A stretch of 64,000 bases of DNA from Amoeboaphelidium protococcarum X5 (GCA_023515725.1 JALDTO010000215.1:62001-126000); one strand, 5' to 3'; shown: positions 48,301-62,894, counted from the first letter of the stretch. The notes: generated from the sequence alone by a model not told the origin. A program made the numbers and translations.

Positions 48301-49824
48301 GTCTCTCCCAAGTAGAAAGCCCAAGTGGTCGATCTGGTGAAGAAGAATCGTCGCGCTATGACTTTGGCTATTGGTGATGGTGCCAATGATGTGTCCATGA
48401 TATAGAAGGCCAATGTGGGGGTGGGCATAAATGGAAAGGAAGGTATGTAGGCTGTGATGGCCAGTGATTATGCCGTTGGACAGTTTCGGTATTTGAGTAA
48501 ACTGCTGCTGGTTCATGGTCGATGGTCGTATTTCCGTATTGCTGAGATGGCGTTGCAAATGTTTTATAAGAATATGGTTTGGACTGTGGTGCTCTTCTGG
48601 TACCAGATTTATTGTGGATGGACAGGTACGATTCTATATGACTTCTTTCTGATTCTATTTTACAATCTATTCTACACTGGCCTGCCTCCTATCATCATTG
48701 GAGCGTTCGACAGAGATATCAATGACAGGCTTTCTATGTTGGTGCCTGAGGTATATGTTCACGGTATAAAGTAAAAGTTGTACACTTACAAACAATTTAT
48801 ACTGTACATCATTGATGGCGTTTATTAGAGTTTAGTCTGTTTTTACATTGCCTTTCTGGCAGCTGGAAATGGAAGTATAGTTTATGATGGATACGTTGCA
48901 GATAAGGCCGTTTTAGGAACTCTGGCGTCTACCTGTGCTGTACTGGTTGCCAATCTGTACATGGGCTTTGATAATCTTGCTTGGACATGGCTGTCTTTCT
49001 TCTCATATGGGATTGGTATTCTAATCTATTTCCTGATGGCTATAATTGTTTCGTTTATTAAAGGCTCGTCACTGTATGGTCTTGGATTTCAATTATTCGG
49101 CTCGCCCGTGTTTTATCTATCTGTCATACTGTCTGTGGTGATTTGTATGCTGCCTCGGTATTTGTATAAGTACAGCTAAGTTCTGATTAGTCCTAGTGAT
49201 ATAGATATTCTCAGAGAAATTATAAAGTACAATCTGGTTGCCGAGCGTAACAAAATCCATGGTGATCGTGAGGATGATTTGATTAAAAAGTATGTGCCAT
49301 CCAACATGGCTTCAAGGGAGGATATGTCTCAGGCCCTGGGAAGTAGTTAAGTGATGGAGATGTAACCTATCCCGCCGCGAAATCTTTCAATGGGACATAG
49401 AACTTCCTCGTTATAGCGGTTGAATGAAGAGATTAGGAACAAAGTGGTCCGCCCGCTTAAGAAGAGCCTCCGTGATCTGCGCACGAAATCGCTCCTGGTT
49501 ATTGGTGGTAATGCTTCGGAGCCTAATAGAGGATTTGCATTCTCCCAAGAACCGGGAATGGCTTTGAGAATATAGCGCGTTCAGAGTCGATCCGATAATA
49601 TGTCTGACCGTAACGCGTCAAGCTCTTTGCGAAAACAGTCTACTGGTGCGTCTATAGGCTAGCAGATATCTCCTCTAACCCCACTTGGTCCTATCAGTCC
49701 GCCAAGTCCTATTATACCGTCGCGCCATGACAGTTTGAAAGAGTCCACTGTACGAACATTCCTATCATAGCAAGATGACCACGACACTGATAACACTGGT
49801 GGTAAGGCTTCTAGTTTATAATGA
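45355..49824 (+). CDS. P4-ATPase phospholipid flippase (Dnf1/Drs2-type)
   Basis: [63 protein letters not shown]. Confidence 0.97.
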
Positions 49825-50130
49825 ATGCATTTCAAGAAGAATGAAGAAGAAATACATTTACACTATCTGTCGATCTCGAACAAAATAGACCTCAATTAAT
49901 TCATTTACCAATATCATTCTTTTCGATTACGGGATATAGCAACTTAATATTTCTTACTCGATTTTTTAGATGAAATCTAAGCTATTCGAGCTCTTGTGAT
50001 ACACCTTGGTGTATCGTTATTGTAGGATAATCCAATCGATTTGACATCTACCGGTTAACATTAATGAATCTCAGGGGAGAGTAATGCCCTTATTCAGACT
50101 GAAAACGCAATTTAAACGAAACATATTAAA

Positions 50131-50682
50131 ATGCCTAGAGGAACCAACACCGATTCCGCTAGACGAGATAATGATGTTGATATCAACACAATGATGATGA
50201 TCTCAGATCCGAATAATCCACGTAATGACGAGATGTGGTCCAATACCGAGTACGCAAAAACAGTCTGTGTGGAGTACCTTGGACCCGCTAACGTTATCCA
50301 TGGTAGATTATGGGGACAGCCTGAGTACTATTACATTAATTTAGTTGTACAAGCTGCAGATTACACAATGCCTGCGCGCAATGTAGTCTTTATTGTGGTC
50401 ACCGGATCTAACAAGACGCGCCTGTCTGCTGAGGTGATGAAGGCTTTGTTGCCAGCTGATTAGCCTGTGCCTCAAGAGTTGGACGTGTGCTTTTAGAATC
50501 GCAGAGATTTGAGAATTACTGCAAAGTTATCGGATTGTGCGATTCCATCTTCTAGAGGAGATAACAATATTCTGGGAACTGACTTTTTACATAGATGCTG
50601 CGAAAGTTACCAATTTGGACATGGTGTCATAACTTTAACTTTGCGTGCCGAGTCGCGCATCATTGAGTCGTCACCACAGTGA
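50131..50682 (+). CDS. Retropepsin-like (clan AA) aspartic protease homolog, catalytic Asp replaced by Val
   Basis: VFIVVTGSNKTRL in place of DTG; downstream NILGTDF motif. Confidence 0.65.
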
Positions 50683-50897
50683 GAAATTGTACTAACGTAT
50701 TTAGCTAATAACAAATTGTTGAATGTTGAATAGTGGAGGAAGTTTTAAAGATTATAATTATTTCAATTAGACTGCAGGCGTGGACTTCTCTAAGGAAGCG
50801 CAAAAGGCTTTAACTTCATAAGCAATTGTTACATCATTGGCGTACCATACTAATTTCATATATAAAGTTCATAATTTTACTACCGCCAACATTATAA

Positions 50898-52928
50898 TCA
50901 ACCGTGTCTAGCGATTTCACGTCCAAAAGCAGCAGCCATGAACCAGTCTGATGCCAGACGAACTCTCTGTCTTAAGCTGACCACCTCACTTAGGTACACA
51001 CCTCTCCACAAATACAGAGTCACCAATCTTCCAACCAAGCCTCCGCGATCAGATGAGCCAAAAGTGTATCCTCCGCCAAAATCAATCACTGCTCTCGACA
51101 TTCCAAGATATGCCAGAGATCCCAAATGATGATACTAAAATGCCGGATAGAAGTTGTGATAATCAATTTTGGCGTCAAAGCGATGAGTATCACCAAACTG
51201 TTGAAACTTGCCGACGTATTGATTGACTAATTGCTTCGATTTTCGCCAGGCGCCGATATCTTCGCCGGATTGCAATTTCTGTTATTCCAGCTGATAGTTT
51301 AGGAACTTTGCAATATATTTTCCCTACTGCTGAGCCACCTGAGCAGTAGCCGGATATGCTTTTAACTTGTTGTTGATGTCAGAGACCATTTACTCAAACT
51401 CTTTGTACTCTAAGCTTCCGCTCTGATTTTGGTCATATTCAGAAAATACGTGCGTCAATTTCTGCAGATATACTTGAGTTTGAGGATACTTTAATATCAT
51501 CACCTGAGCGACTTACTAGAACTCACTAAATGTAAGCGATTAATTCTACTCCTTACCGGCTTGTCTAAATAAATCCAGAATCTAATCAACCAACTTGGGC
51601 ACCTCTACTGTAGAACAATCACCAACTGCAAAGATATTACCATGACAAAAGTCATCCTCAAGTCCAGTGGATTAAGAAGACTAATTTTGGAAGCCTTAAT
51701 ACACTCCCTTAACGCGTAGTCTATCATCAACTACAATCGCTCTAGAATGTGACTGACTGGATATCTTTTGCACTATCCTCTCTGTCAATGGCTGCATTCC
51801 GACTCCAGTAGTCCAAACGCATAGACCATAAGGGATTTTGATAGTCTCCACCTTCTTGGTATCTCTGTTGGAGAACTCATACGTCAGCTGATCCTCTTCA
51901 ACCTGCGTGACTTTAGATCTCAACAGCACTTCAATACCATCCCGTTCAAATTTCTCCCTGGCATATTCAGAAATCTTCTCATCGTAAGTGTTCAGTATGT
52001 GATCCACACTTTGGATGATACAAACTCTGACGTGCTATTTCAAATGGGGGAAGAAACGAGAGAGGTCATCATTGAGATAGTCATACAATTCGGCGGCGAA
52101 TTCAACTCCAGTCGGACCTCCACCACAGATGACAAAGGTGAGCAACTTCTTCACCTGATCCTCACTCAGCAATGGAACGGAAGCCTTTTCAAAATTCTAA
52201 ATAATTTTGGCCTTGATCTTTCTAACATCCCCGGCAGTCTTCAGAAAGCTGCAATACTCACCGACACCCTTGACGCCAAACGTGATGCTTTTACTCCCCA
52301 CAGCGATGATACACTTGTCAAATGGAACGTAAAACTTTCCACTTTCTGCAGTCTCGCAGAGAACTCTATTGCTACCATTAGGGAACTTTACAGGGTCATA
52401 GTATTCCAAGTCAACAGCGGCTCCTTCAATATAGCTGTATTCAACTTCGTTGATATCTCCATTGTTAGAAGTCCACCCACTCTTCTTCATGATGTTACGA
52501 ATAGGTTCAGTCAGAGAGTTGATCTACGTGGTACCAACACAACATGATGGAAGGAGAGGAGTAAATAAAAAGTAATTAGTGGGAGATATCACAGTGATGG
52601 TGTGATCTTTACTCAGATTCTTAATCAGCGCTACACTGGCCCATCCGCTTCCCAGCACAACGACGTGAGGCTTTTACTTGTTTCCAGCCACATTCTGCGG
52701 TATGAAAGTTGGGTACTAAGAGGATGATTATTGGTCGGGGATCAACTGATTAGATCTTGGAACCGATGGTGTAGAGTCTTGATGCAGTTGTGACTTGTAA
52801 GAGGTGTTGCTCAGTTTTCGACTTAGATTCAATGTACATACAGCAGATGCAGATGCAGCCAGTATTTTAAAGCACTTCAGTCTTGAACTATTTCGCATAA
52901 CAACTTGTAATGCACTCGATTTTAGCAT
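50898..52928 (-). CDS. Type II (alternative, external) NADH dehydrogenase with EF-hand insert
   Basis: [50 protein letters not shown]-hand [13 protein letters not shown]. Confidence 0.95.
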
Positions 52929-53213
52929 TTGGTAGAGATACAGTTTAAAATAAAGTGCGAGCTATTATGATATGACTCAGTCAGCGATGATAGCAGATTT
53001 TAATACCATGAATGAGATAGTTCAAAAAAGCTGCACCATCGTTTTAAGGAAGAGAAAAGCTTAAAATTGATTAAACACACTGCATTGTTTGTGAAATCGT
53101 AAGTGTGAGTTCCTTCCACATATCTCATGGTGGCATTCACCATGAAGCATACTAAATAGCAATAATACTACAAAATATATACTGAAATTTTGTTCACTTT
53201 CATCCAAGTACAA

Positions 53214-53295
53214 GTCAACATGCGATAGCGGTTATTCGGTTGCCCTGCTAAGGTAATGCCCTCCGGGCGCGCAGGTTCAAATCCTGCTGTTGACG
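53214..53295 (+). tRNA. tRNA-Ser(GCT)
   Basis: Acceptor GTCAACA/TGTTGAC, G73, anticodon arm TTGCC-CTGCTAA-GGTAA, long variable arm, GGTTCAAATCC, T-run downstream. Confidence 0.93.
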
Positions 53296-54995
53296 TTCTC
53301 TTTTTGCATTTTTGAGACTTGACTAGTATTTTGAATTGTAGAGTGTGAATTTCTACTGCAAAGGTGAACGAAGGAGATATTATACTCATCTCGCGTCGAG
53401 ATTGAGTTGAATCTTGCGGGAGAAACGCTCTTTTGCTTTGTCTATTGTTGCTGTGTAATCACTTTTAATCAGAACCTGCCTGATATAACGTCAAGGTGAG
53501 CAGTAAAGCTGACTATTTAGTTCGCGTTTTGTCAAATGTCATCTTTACATGTACAGCTCTACTTCGATTGTTGATAGCTGAGCTATAGCGGAATAAATGT
53601 CTATCATAACCTTCAAGCATTGTAAAGCTTCTTCTTAAATACATCTATGCTGTAGTGAATGAGTGTCAATCATCGATGAAAATGTAAGAAATAAGATATG
53701 TATATATGATGGGTATGAATATATATTAAGGTCACCCACTTCATAAAAATGTACCAATGCATACGAGATGGAGACTGAGTGCTTCATGATATGATTGACG
53801 GCAAGTAGTTGCACTCAGCCACCAACTATATAAAACTACTACTGACAGAGAGGGAGAGAGGAATCATTCAACACGCAATCTACACAAAACAGAGTCTGGA
53901 AATACATTGCATCATACTGAAACCAAATACTTACGTTAGTCCGGAGGTATTCAGCGTCCACTTGTAATAAATGATGGCAGGAGTGCATGAGGAACCTACA
54001 GTGACAAGTTAGAGTTACAGCACACACAAAGGCACGCACACAGACACTTGGTAAATAGGCATCCCCTTACCGAGAGCCATCCATCCAGCCATACCAGTAC
54101 CATCCACCAGTTAATCTAGAGTTTGGCAGCAAAGTCCCCCACGGTCAATGCTGCCCAAAGTTGCCCGTCATCCGAATGCCCAGCACCATATATATTGCAT
54201 CGTAATGACGTTCTTGAGGCAAACTCTGCTTCAGCGCAAGGCTGTCGACGGGGTTTCGGCGGGCTATGGCACAACGCAATTAGTGTCGCTGCACCCGCTT
54301 ACTAGGCGGCCGACACCACGCTGGATGTACCTACATACAGACCGGATACAGCTGAGAGAGGTTCCCCGACAAGGAACTTATTCAGGGCCCTTGGGTCGCA
54401 TGCAGATAAAACTTGCATGGTATGAATGTTAACGAGACGCATGGCGACAAAATCGGAAGCCAGACTTACAATCGGACTCATTCTACCGGCGAGGCCAGAC
54501 ATTGGAGGCACCAACAGCACCAAGTTGTATAAGCCACCAATGTCGTACTTGCAGCAAGACCTCACCCATCAGCATACTAGTGAAACGCTGATTAATTACG
54601 AGTATAGTAGCTGGAGCCGCCCGACCAGACCATGTCGAGCAGGCAATCAAGATAGTGGACGGAAGTGCTCCAAGCTTCATTCTTGAGCCACCACTTGCTT
54701 TGAACCCCGCTCCGATGCTAACGCTCAAATGAGACTACCAATAGGTTATAGCACATATAAGAGCAGGGCCAGAAGCTACCGGTTTCAGGAACAACGGGCA
54801 AGACTCCCAACAGCCATCTCGAGCCTTGCCTTGTGATCAGTTGTTGTCCTGCTTCAGTGGATGACATACCGCACAATAAATCATGCATTGGTAAGACGAT
54901 CTGAACTGGGGTGACATCGTATGAACTCAGCACCTCCGGTTAACAGAGAGCAGTTCTGATAGTGACCAAACTTGCAGGTTGGTGGGGGGTACAGA

Positions 54996-54998
<3 letters not shown>

Positions 54999-55034
<36 letters not shown>

Positions 55035-55087
55035 CAGATAGCAGACAGATAGACAGACAGACAGGAGAGAGGAGGGAGAGAGAGAGA
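54999..55087. repeat. (GA)n / (GACA)n microsatellite tract
   Basis: Directly visible; about 16 GA units followed by GACA/GATA and GA-rich units. Confidence 0.95.
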
Positions 55088-55360
55088 TGAGCAGAGGAGC
55101 AACACTTAATGTGCCAACTAGGAAGAGAGTGAGGACATACAATACACAAGTACACATCGATCGGAATGACAGTGTCATTCGGTAAGTAGAGCTAAATTTA
55201 CAGATGCTTACCCAAGTTGGTAGCTCCCAAATAATTGAGAGTCGTACTGATCAGATGCTTCCTTAAAGTATGCCTCTAAACCGGTGGGTCCTCTCTTCAG
55301 AGTTGTTTGAGGATAAGAAGTGAACGCGCGAACCAACTCCACCTTGTGAGAGTATTACCA

Positions 55361-55439
55361 GTTTGTTTGTTTGTCTATTTGTTTGTTTGCTCACCCCCAC
55401 ACGGTCCTCTCACACACACACACACACACACAAACACAC
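55361..55439. repeat. (GTTT)n and (CA)n microsatellites
   Basis: Directly visible at 55361-55389 and 55411-55439. Confidence 0.9.
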
Positions 55440-55817
55440 GCGTGATCATTCACATTGTTTGCCACTGATCTGGTTGGATACGATCAATAATCGATCAAAA
55501 ATGGGATATGCTGGAATATCACTCATAAATGATTAAACAACTTCTCAGTAGTGTATCTAGTCATGTATATTATTAATTATGGATTCGTTTGATATAAAAA
55601 TTATTTAAATTGTACATAGCATGGTATGTCACCCAGTCAAAGAGAGACATACTGTACTGCGGACGGCTAAGAGGGACTTAAGTATACTCATTAATCAAGT
55701 TGAAGTAAGCTGCCTTACAAGGTAGAGTAAAAAGCGCAAGTTTGAAAATTAATAAAACTTATCTCTCTCTTTGCGAAAGTGCTCTAAACATGACTAACGA
55801 CTATCATATTTCATCTC

Positions 55818-57077
<1,260 letters not shown>

Positions 57078-57287
57078 ACTTTGATTGCTGATTTAACGCC
57101 TTGATTGAATAACTTACACTGTCTCAATTGGGAACAAAGACGCGATGGATCGTTAAAGCGACGCGAGTCATGTCATGTGCGATCAAAGTTCGCGCGCGTT
57201 TGAGAATCATCCGTCATTATCATCGGCAGTCAGTCACCTTTAGAAGAATGTTTCAATGCCATTTAAAGGAACCGCGAGATAATAGAA

Positions 57288-57806
57288 ATGTCTGTAAGAT
57301 CAACTGTATGACCAAAAGATTACAATTTATTCAGCCTTATGTAGGATGGACAGTATAGAACGAATGTGCGGCATGGCAATGCTCATTGGTTGAACTTTCA
57401 GTCTGAGGAATTGAGACTGGCGTTGAAGAGTGTCAGGGCGGAGTAGTCGATTCTTGTGGCCCCTCAGTTTCAACCTCCAAATCCTGAGGATCCCGATGAT
57501 GAGTCTATGGAATAGTATCGCTGTAAATTTGGCAAATAGAAGAAGTCAAGTCACTGGCAAGAAGATGGTCTGGATCTGAATGGAAAGATGGAAAAGTTTT
57601 TAAATCATCAGTAGAGCAGTGTGGATGAATTCTTATCTACAGTCAGCGAGTAATTTCTGCCTCAGTCCACTGGTGATCCTTAAAAACAAAAGTCTTCATC
57701 ATCACAGTAGTAATAATAAACCGCGCGTTACTCTAGAAATTCTCGCGCCAGTGTAGACAGCTCCATCGTGTCCCCTCAAGACTTTGACATTTAACTAGAC
57801 TTGTGA
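57288..57806 (+). CDS. Probable anaphase-promoting complex subunit 13; intron 57294-57344
   Basis: ILVAPQFQPPNPEDPDD...FG...WQEDGL resembles the fungal Apc13 motif. Confidence 0.6.
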
Positions 57807-58032
57807 CTTGAATGAATAAACTTGTATATTTAAACTTATGGAGACTTTAGATTGTAACTCTCAAAGGTCAAATGATTCGTACTCGTTCGATTCATCCATC
57901 ACACGTTTTCTCTTTAATTTTGAGTCGTTTAAAAGTTCTGGCTTTTGTCGTCATTACAATTGCACACTGAATAAGAAGCTTTAAGTTTTATCAGCTATTT
58001 AAATTTTTTGAACAAAATAAGCAATCTAAAAA

Positions 58033-59577
58033 ATGATATAGTAGGAAGTAGCGAAGGATATTGTGATTGTTGGAGGAGGACTTGTTGGCAGTCTTTTGGC
58101 CGTGGTGTTGTCTCAAAAGCCGTGGAAGCCCAATGTTAGAGTGTATGAACAGCGTCCAGATATAAGGAAGGAGAAAATGTCTGCCGGTAAATCTATTAAT
58201 CTGGCACTTAGTCATCGTGGATTGAAGTCGCTTGCTCTTGCTGGAGAGGATGTGCTGCGTGAGGTGGAGAAGATTCTGATCCCTATGAAGGGACGTATGC
58301 TCCATGTTAATGAACACGATCTGTAGGAGGTGCTATACGGCGTTCACGGCGAGTGTATCAATTCTGTTGATCGTAAAAAGTTGAATTGTATTCTATTGGA
58401 TGCTTTTGAGTAGCTTTAGCCGGGTAAGGTGTACTTTAAGCATGAGCTGTAGACTGTAGACTATGATACTAAGAAGCTGACTTTTAAGGATGCTGAAGGT
58501 TAAATTGTGGAGATTGGTGCTGATTTGATTATTGGCGCAGATGGAGCGTACTCCTCAGTGAGACGGGAGATGATGAAGAAGAATCGTATGAACTTCAAGC
58601 AGGAGTATATCGATCATGGATATATGGAGTTGAATATACCTGCCTCAGCCGAGACTGGTTCGTATCAGATGTCTAGTAATCATCTGCACATTTGGCCAAA
58701 GAAGACTTTCATGATGATTGCCTTGCCTAATACTGACAAGTCTTTTACCACGACATTGTTCATGCCATACGCTGATTTTGACCACCTGAGAGCCAGCAAG
58801 GATGATCAGTTGATTATTGATTTCTTTAAGCTAAACTTCCCGGATGCTGTGCAGTTACTCGGTGGTGAACAGGCAGTCGTTAGTGCAATGAGAAATAATG
58901 TTGTGGGATCTCTAATCTCTATCAAGTGCCATCCATACAATTATGAGAACTCGGTCATTGTTGGCGATGCCTCCCATGCAATGGTTCCATTCTACGGGTA
59001 GGGAATGAATGCTGGTTTTGAGGACGTGTTGGTACTTGATGAGTTCTTGCATGGCGAATCTCTGCCAGCTCAATACGGAATCTCGCAGCGTCTATCTCTG
59101 TACTCCAAGGCGAGACGTGATGATGCACATGCTATTTGCGATCTGGCATTGTACAATTATGAGGAGATGAGAAATGACGTGTTGACTCCCGTTTATAGAA
59201 TTAGAAAGACGGTAGAGAGTCTGATGAATCGTGTGGCGCCCGAGACTGTCATTCCCCTGTATAGCATGGTCTCTTTCACTTCGATTCCATACTCTCGTGT
59301 GGTGCGTCGCTGGAAGAGATAGAGTCTGATTTTCAATGCTGCGGGTGGTGCATTCATTGGTATATCGCTTGCAGTTGGACTTGTGGCTTTCAGAAGATTA
59401 TTTGTGGGTTCCAACTCTGCCGCAAGTCAAGTAGTTCGCAAGATTCAAGATGGAAGTGCCGCGGGGTAAATCTCTTTAGCTCCCGTGCAAGATTCCATAT
59501 TCAACTTGTACTTCAAGGTGGAAGACATGAGCAAGAATGCCTTTGAAAATGTCAAAAGTCTATTTCGCTTCCAATGA
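58033..59577 (+). CDS. BNA4: Kynurenine 3-monooxygenase
   Basis: [52 protein letters not shown] (Q as TAG). Confidence 0.97.
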
Positions 59578-59701
59578 AATAGATATTAAACTTTAAGAGA
59601 GACTGTGACCATTTATAATAATAATATTACCAGAAAGGAATTTAAATATCAGGTTGAAATATAAATTTTCTCAATTGCATTTCACTAAAGGATCATATAA
59701 A

Positions 59702-59971
59702 TCACTCATCGTCCTCGTCATCGTCCAGTGGACCAACCAAGTCTTCGTACGATCCTTGTGCAGGAAATTCAGCAAAAGCCTCAGCCAGAGACTCCTTCTT
59801 CAACTTGCGCTCCTCCTCAATTAGGGACATGACAAAGTTTCTACGCTGCACCTTTGGGATCACATATCCATGCCAGAACCACTCTGATAGTGCAAATCCA
59901 ACGATAGAACTGACGACAATGTGCTATAATAATGACTTTCTCAATGGATGATAAATTCTTGGTGCCACCAT
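59702..59971 (-). CDS. COX9: Cytochrome c oxidase subunit Cox9/COX6C-like
   Basis: LRKSLLQHIVVSSIVGFALSEWFWHGYVIPKVQRR: single TM with WFWHGY. Confidence 0.75.
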
Positions 59972-61012
59972 AATTTACTAAATTTCCAAGACAGTAATAC
60001 AGCAGGCTAACTAGCTTGATTAATAATACTGGGATTAATAAGAAGAGCTCAAAGAACGTTGAATAAAATTCACTGAAATTCTGACGTTGCGCCTGCTCGA
60101 TTATAAACGTTCAAAAGAAAGTACTCGAGGTGAACGAAAGAAAAATTTTTGATCAGCGGCAGATTTCGGATTTAAAGTGAGAACGGGCAATAGAAATATT
60201 GAAAGACTGACTACTTATGCAATTGGATTAATTGTTAGATCAATTTGCAGTCAAAAGGTGCGTTACCAGCAGTTCACGGATTTGTGACGGTAGGCGTTGG
60301 TTGACAAACGCTCTCTAATGCATACATCTTTTTCAGATTACGCACTACATTGCACATTACAATGTTGGACCTCTGATATGCAACAGATCACACATCTCCG
60401 GAGCCCGTGTCAGTCACTAAATCTTCTACCTGCACCCGATTCAATGCTAGTTGAACCATCTGCAGCGAATCCGGCACCTCCAATAACGAACTTGGAGACT
60501 CAGAACGACGATCAGAATATCTGCTTTCGATCTGCTTTCTTGTGCATAGCGGATAACTTCGAATTAGCCCCCCCCTCCACCGTTGAATGGCGAACGAGAG
60601 GCACCAGATCGGCGATTATCGAAGTATCCGGAACTGACACGTTCCGAAATAGCTTGCAAAAATGAGTCTTCAATTGCTGATAATTAAGTGATGGTTTATA
60701 TATGTAAAATAAAAGATTACGCGTCGATAAGTCACTATCATGTTAGTCGCGAAAAGAGAATTCATTACATCACCTTGAGAATGCTCAATTATTTCTATTT
60801 GCGCGAGTCATATAAATCTAAGAACGAATGCAAAGTTAAATGTTTGCCTGTCGTAAAGATGAGCCTGCCAGAAGGACTCGGAACTGACTTACGGTCTCCC
60901 CTGCATTTTGGGAGTCAAATGCGCCCCTTGAGATTATATAATTTGTGGAATATGCATCTTGCTTATAAATCAGCGGCTGATTTGTCTTTTCACCACAATT
61001 ACCGTCCACACC

Positions 61013-61682
61013 ATGAAGATGTTTCTTAATTTAGCAGTGATTTGCATTGGCGCATTATACGCATTGCCAAATCAAAGTTTAACACTTGTGTTAAGCTAAT
61101 CAGTGTCTGAAGGCATTCTGCCAATTCCTGACCAGTATCATGTTAAGTCCACCGCAGAGAACTTTTTTACCGGCACATATCCTGTAGAAGAAGTGTATGA
61201 TTATGAGAATTTGAAGTTGAAGATGGAGCGTCACTTTTGACAATCTGAATCAAACTGTCATTGTGAAGAATGGACAAACTGCTCTCTATTAGAAAACTAT
61301 TGATATTCCATATTAATGTTTCGTGTATAAGGGTATCCCACGTGGCGCGTTTAAGAAGCCAGAGTATCTATTTACGCGCCTCACTGAGTTTGCCGGTAAG
61401 AAAGTCAAAGAGTACGCTAATGCGCTTAACAATCGCGATTATGCCGACTTTAAGAAGTGGCTATATGTTGATGTTGAAACTGGTGATCGCGTTGGTGCAT
61501 TGGAGAAGAACATGCTGATCACCGGAGATTGGATCGAAACCATCAAATATGTGGATTACTATTCTGAAGGAGAGCTTGATGAAAGTGTATTTCAACCTCC
61601 GGTTGATATAGAATGCCAAAATGCGGGCACCTTGCTAGAGTCGATGAGCTAAAACTTTCAATAGTTCGTTATGCAACTCTGA
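61013..61682 (+). pseudogene. Secreted ependymin-related/LolA-fold-like protein with a 1-nt frameshift near 61238 (pseudogene or assembly error)
   Basis: Signal peptide, YDYEN, C-terminal DESVFQPPVDIEC; removing one T from CACTTTTGAC joins the two frames. Confidence 0.55.
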
Positions 61683-62812
61683 TCTAAGTATAGCTAATGT
61701 TCCCATCAATTGCGGATTATAAGGAGGATCAGTGAGATGACTTGATTAACTATGAATCAATAAATATTTTACTTAACTCAATGCGTGGTTACCTCGGTAA
61801 AGAATGTCATTCATGCCGAATATTCAATTCTTTTTAATGCACACTTGAAAGTCCATTCTCGCGCAGTCTTTTTCAATCTCACGGTATATAATGACGGCGA
61901 TGGAATTATGGATGTCATCTCAAATTACGAAAGCTTCAATGCGTCTACTTTGCTGGAGCCGTATGCTCAGCAGAGGAAGAGATATAAGAAGTCTGTGTTA
62001 AATTCTTCCACGGATATCTCCAGTAAGTTAAAAAGCCGTTTGATTTGATGTAGGTGAATGTATGATTATTATACGGAGCTGTCCAGGTTCTCGTTTCCAA
62101 AAGTTGGGCTTAGGTGACTTTATTCGAATTGTGTGTGTTGGAAGTGATGTTCAAGCACGTCTGCCCCTGAACTGAAGTTAGAAAAGTTTTTCACAAGGAT
62201 CAAGACGCCACTCATTTTGATTCTTGATCCTTGAATGATAGACATCAGCCACACGGCATATACATTTGATATTTCTTTGTTTCACTTCATTGATTTATTT
62301 CAACAGTGTGTCTTATTGTAGTGCGATAAACCAAAACCGCAAGGTGGGTGAGGCGGATTCTCGGTCATGTCAAACCGCTAACAATTATAAGACAATCAGC
62401 TGTAATGGATAGTAGAAAGGCCTACAACGCGTACGACTACATTTATGTCATTTTATCTGCGTTAACAGTTCAGTATTTAGCACCGCAAATATTACATTTT
62501 CGATTATTGTTAAGTGCTTTTTACACTTCATACTAGGACTTATAATATCGTCCCTTTGCTGGAAAGTTCCGAACGTACAGTGCAATAAAAGTCGCTTTAA
62601 ATCTCATGATTACGATTACAGAGTATCGCTGTTTCTTACAAACCATCAAGTTGACTATATCAGCTTACTTATGGGGATCTCACAATGAAATGTCATAGGA
62701 ACTTAAGTGCAACTTCAAAGCAAGCAAGCAAACTTATAGTCGTTACAAATCATATAGTGTAGTACTTAGTGAATATATACTGCATAAAACTTCATTTTCA
62801 TCCAAAAACCGA

Positions 62813-62894
62813 GTCGACATACCAAAGCGGTTAATGGGTTCGATTAGAAATCGCATGCCCTCCGGGCGCGCAGGTTCAAATCCTGCTGTCGACG
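62813..62894 (+). tRNA. tRNA-Ser(AGA)
   Basis: Acceptor GTCGACA/TGTCGAC, G73, anticodon loop TTAGAAA (one stem mismatch), long variable arm, T-run downstream. Confidence 0.9.

Noticed and set aside
53168-53389. Minus-strand ORFs sharing STAGFEPARPEG (also 62743-63030)
   Set aside because: Antisense translation of the tRNA genes
53927-53940. U1 snRNA-like 5' end ATACTTAC
   Set aside because: No U1 stem-loop I or Sm site follows; better explained as a minus-strand 5' splice site
53800-55450. Telomerase RNA or LTR element
   Set aside because: No TTAGGG-type template, terminal repeats or RT/integrase motifs seen
60297-60665. 122-aa plus-strand ORF
   Set aside because: No recognisable homology or other support
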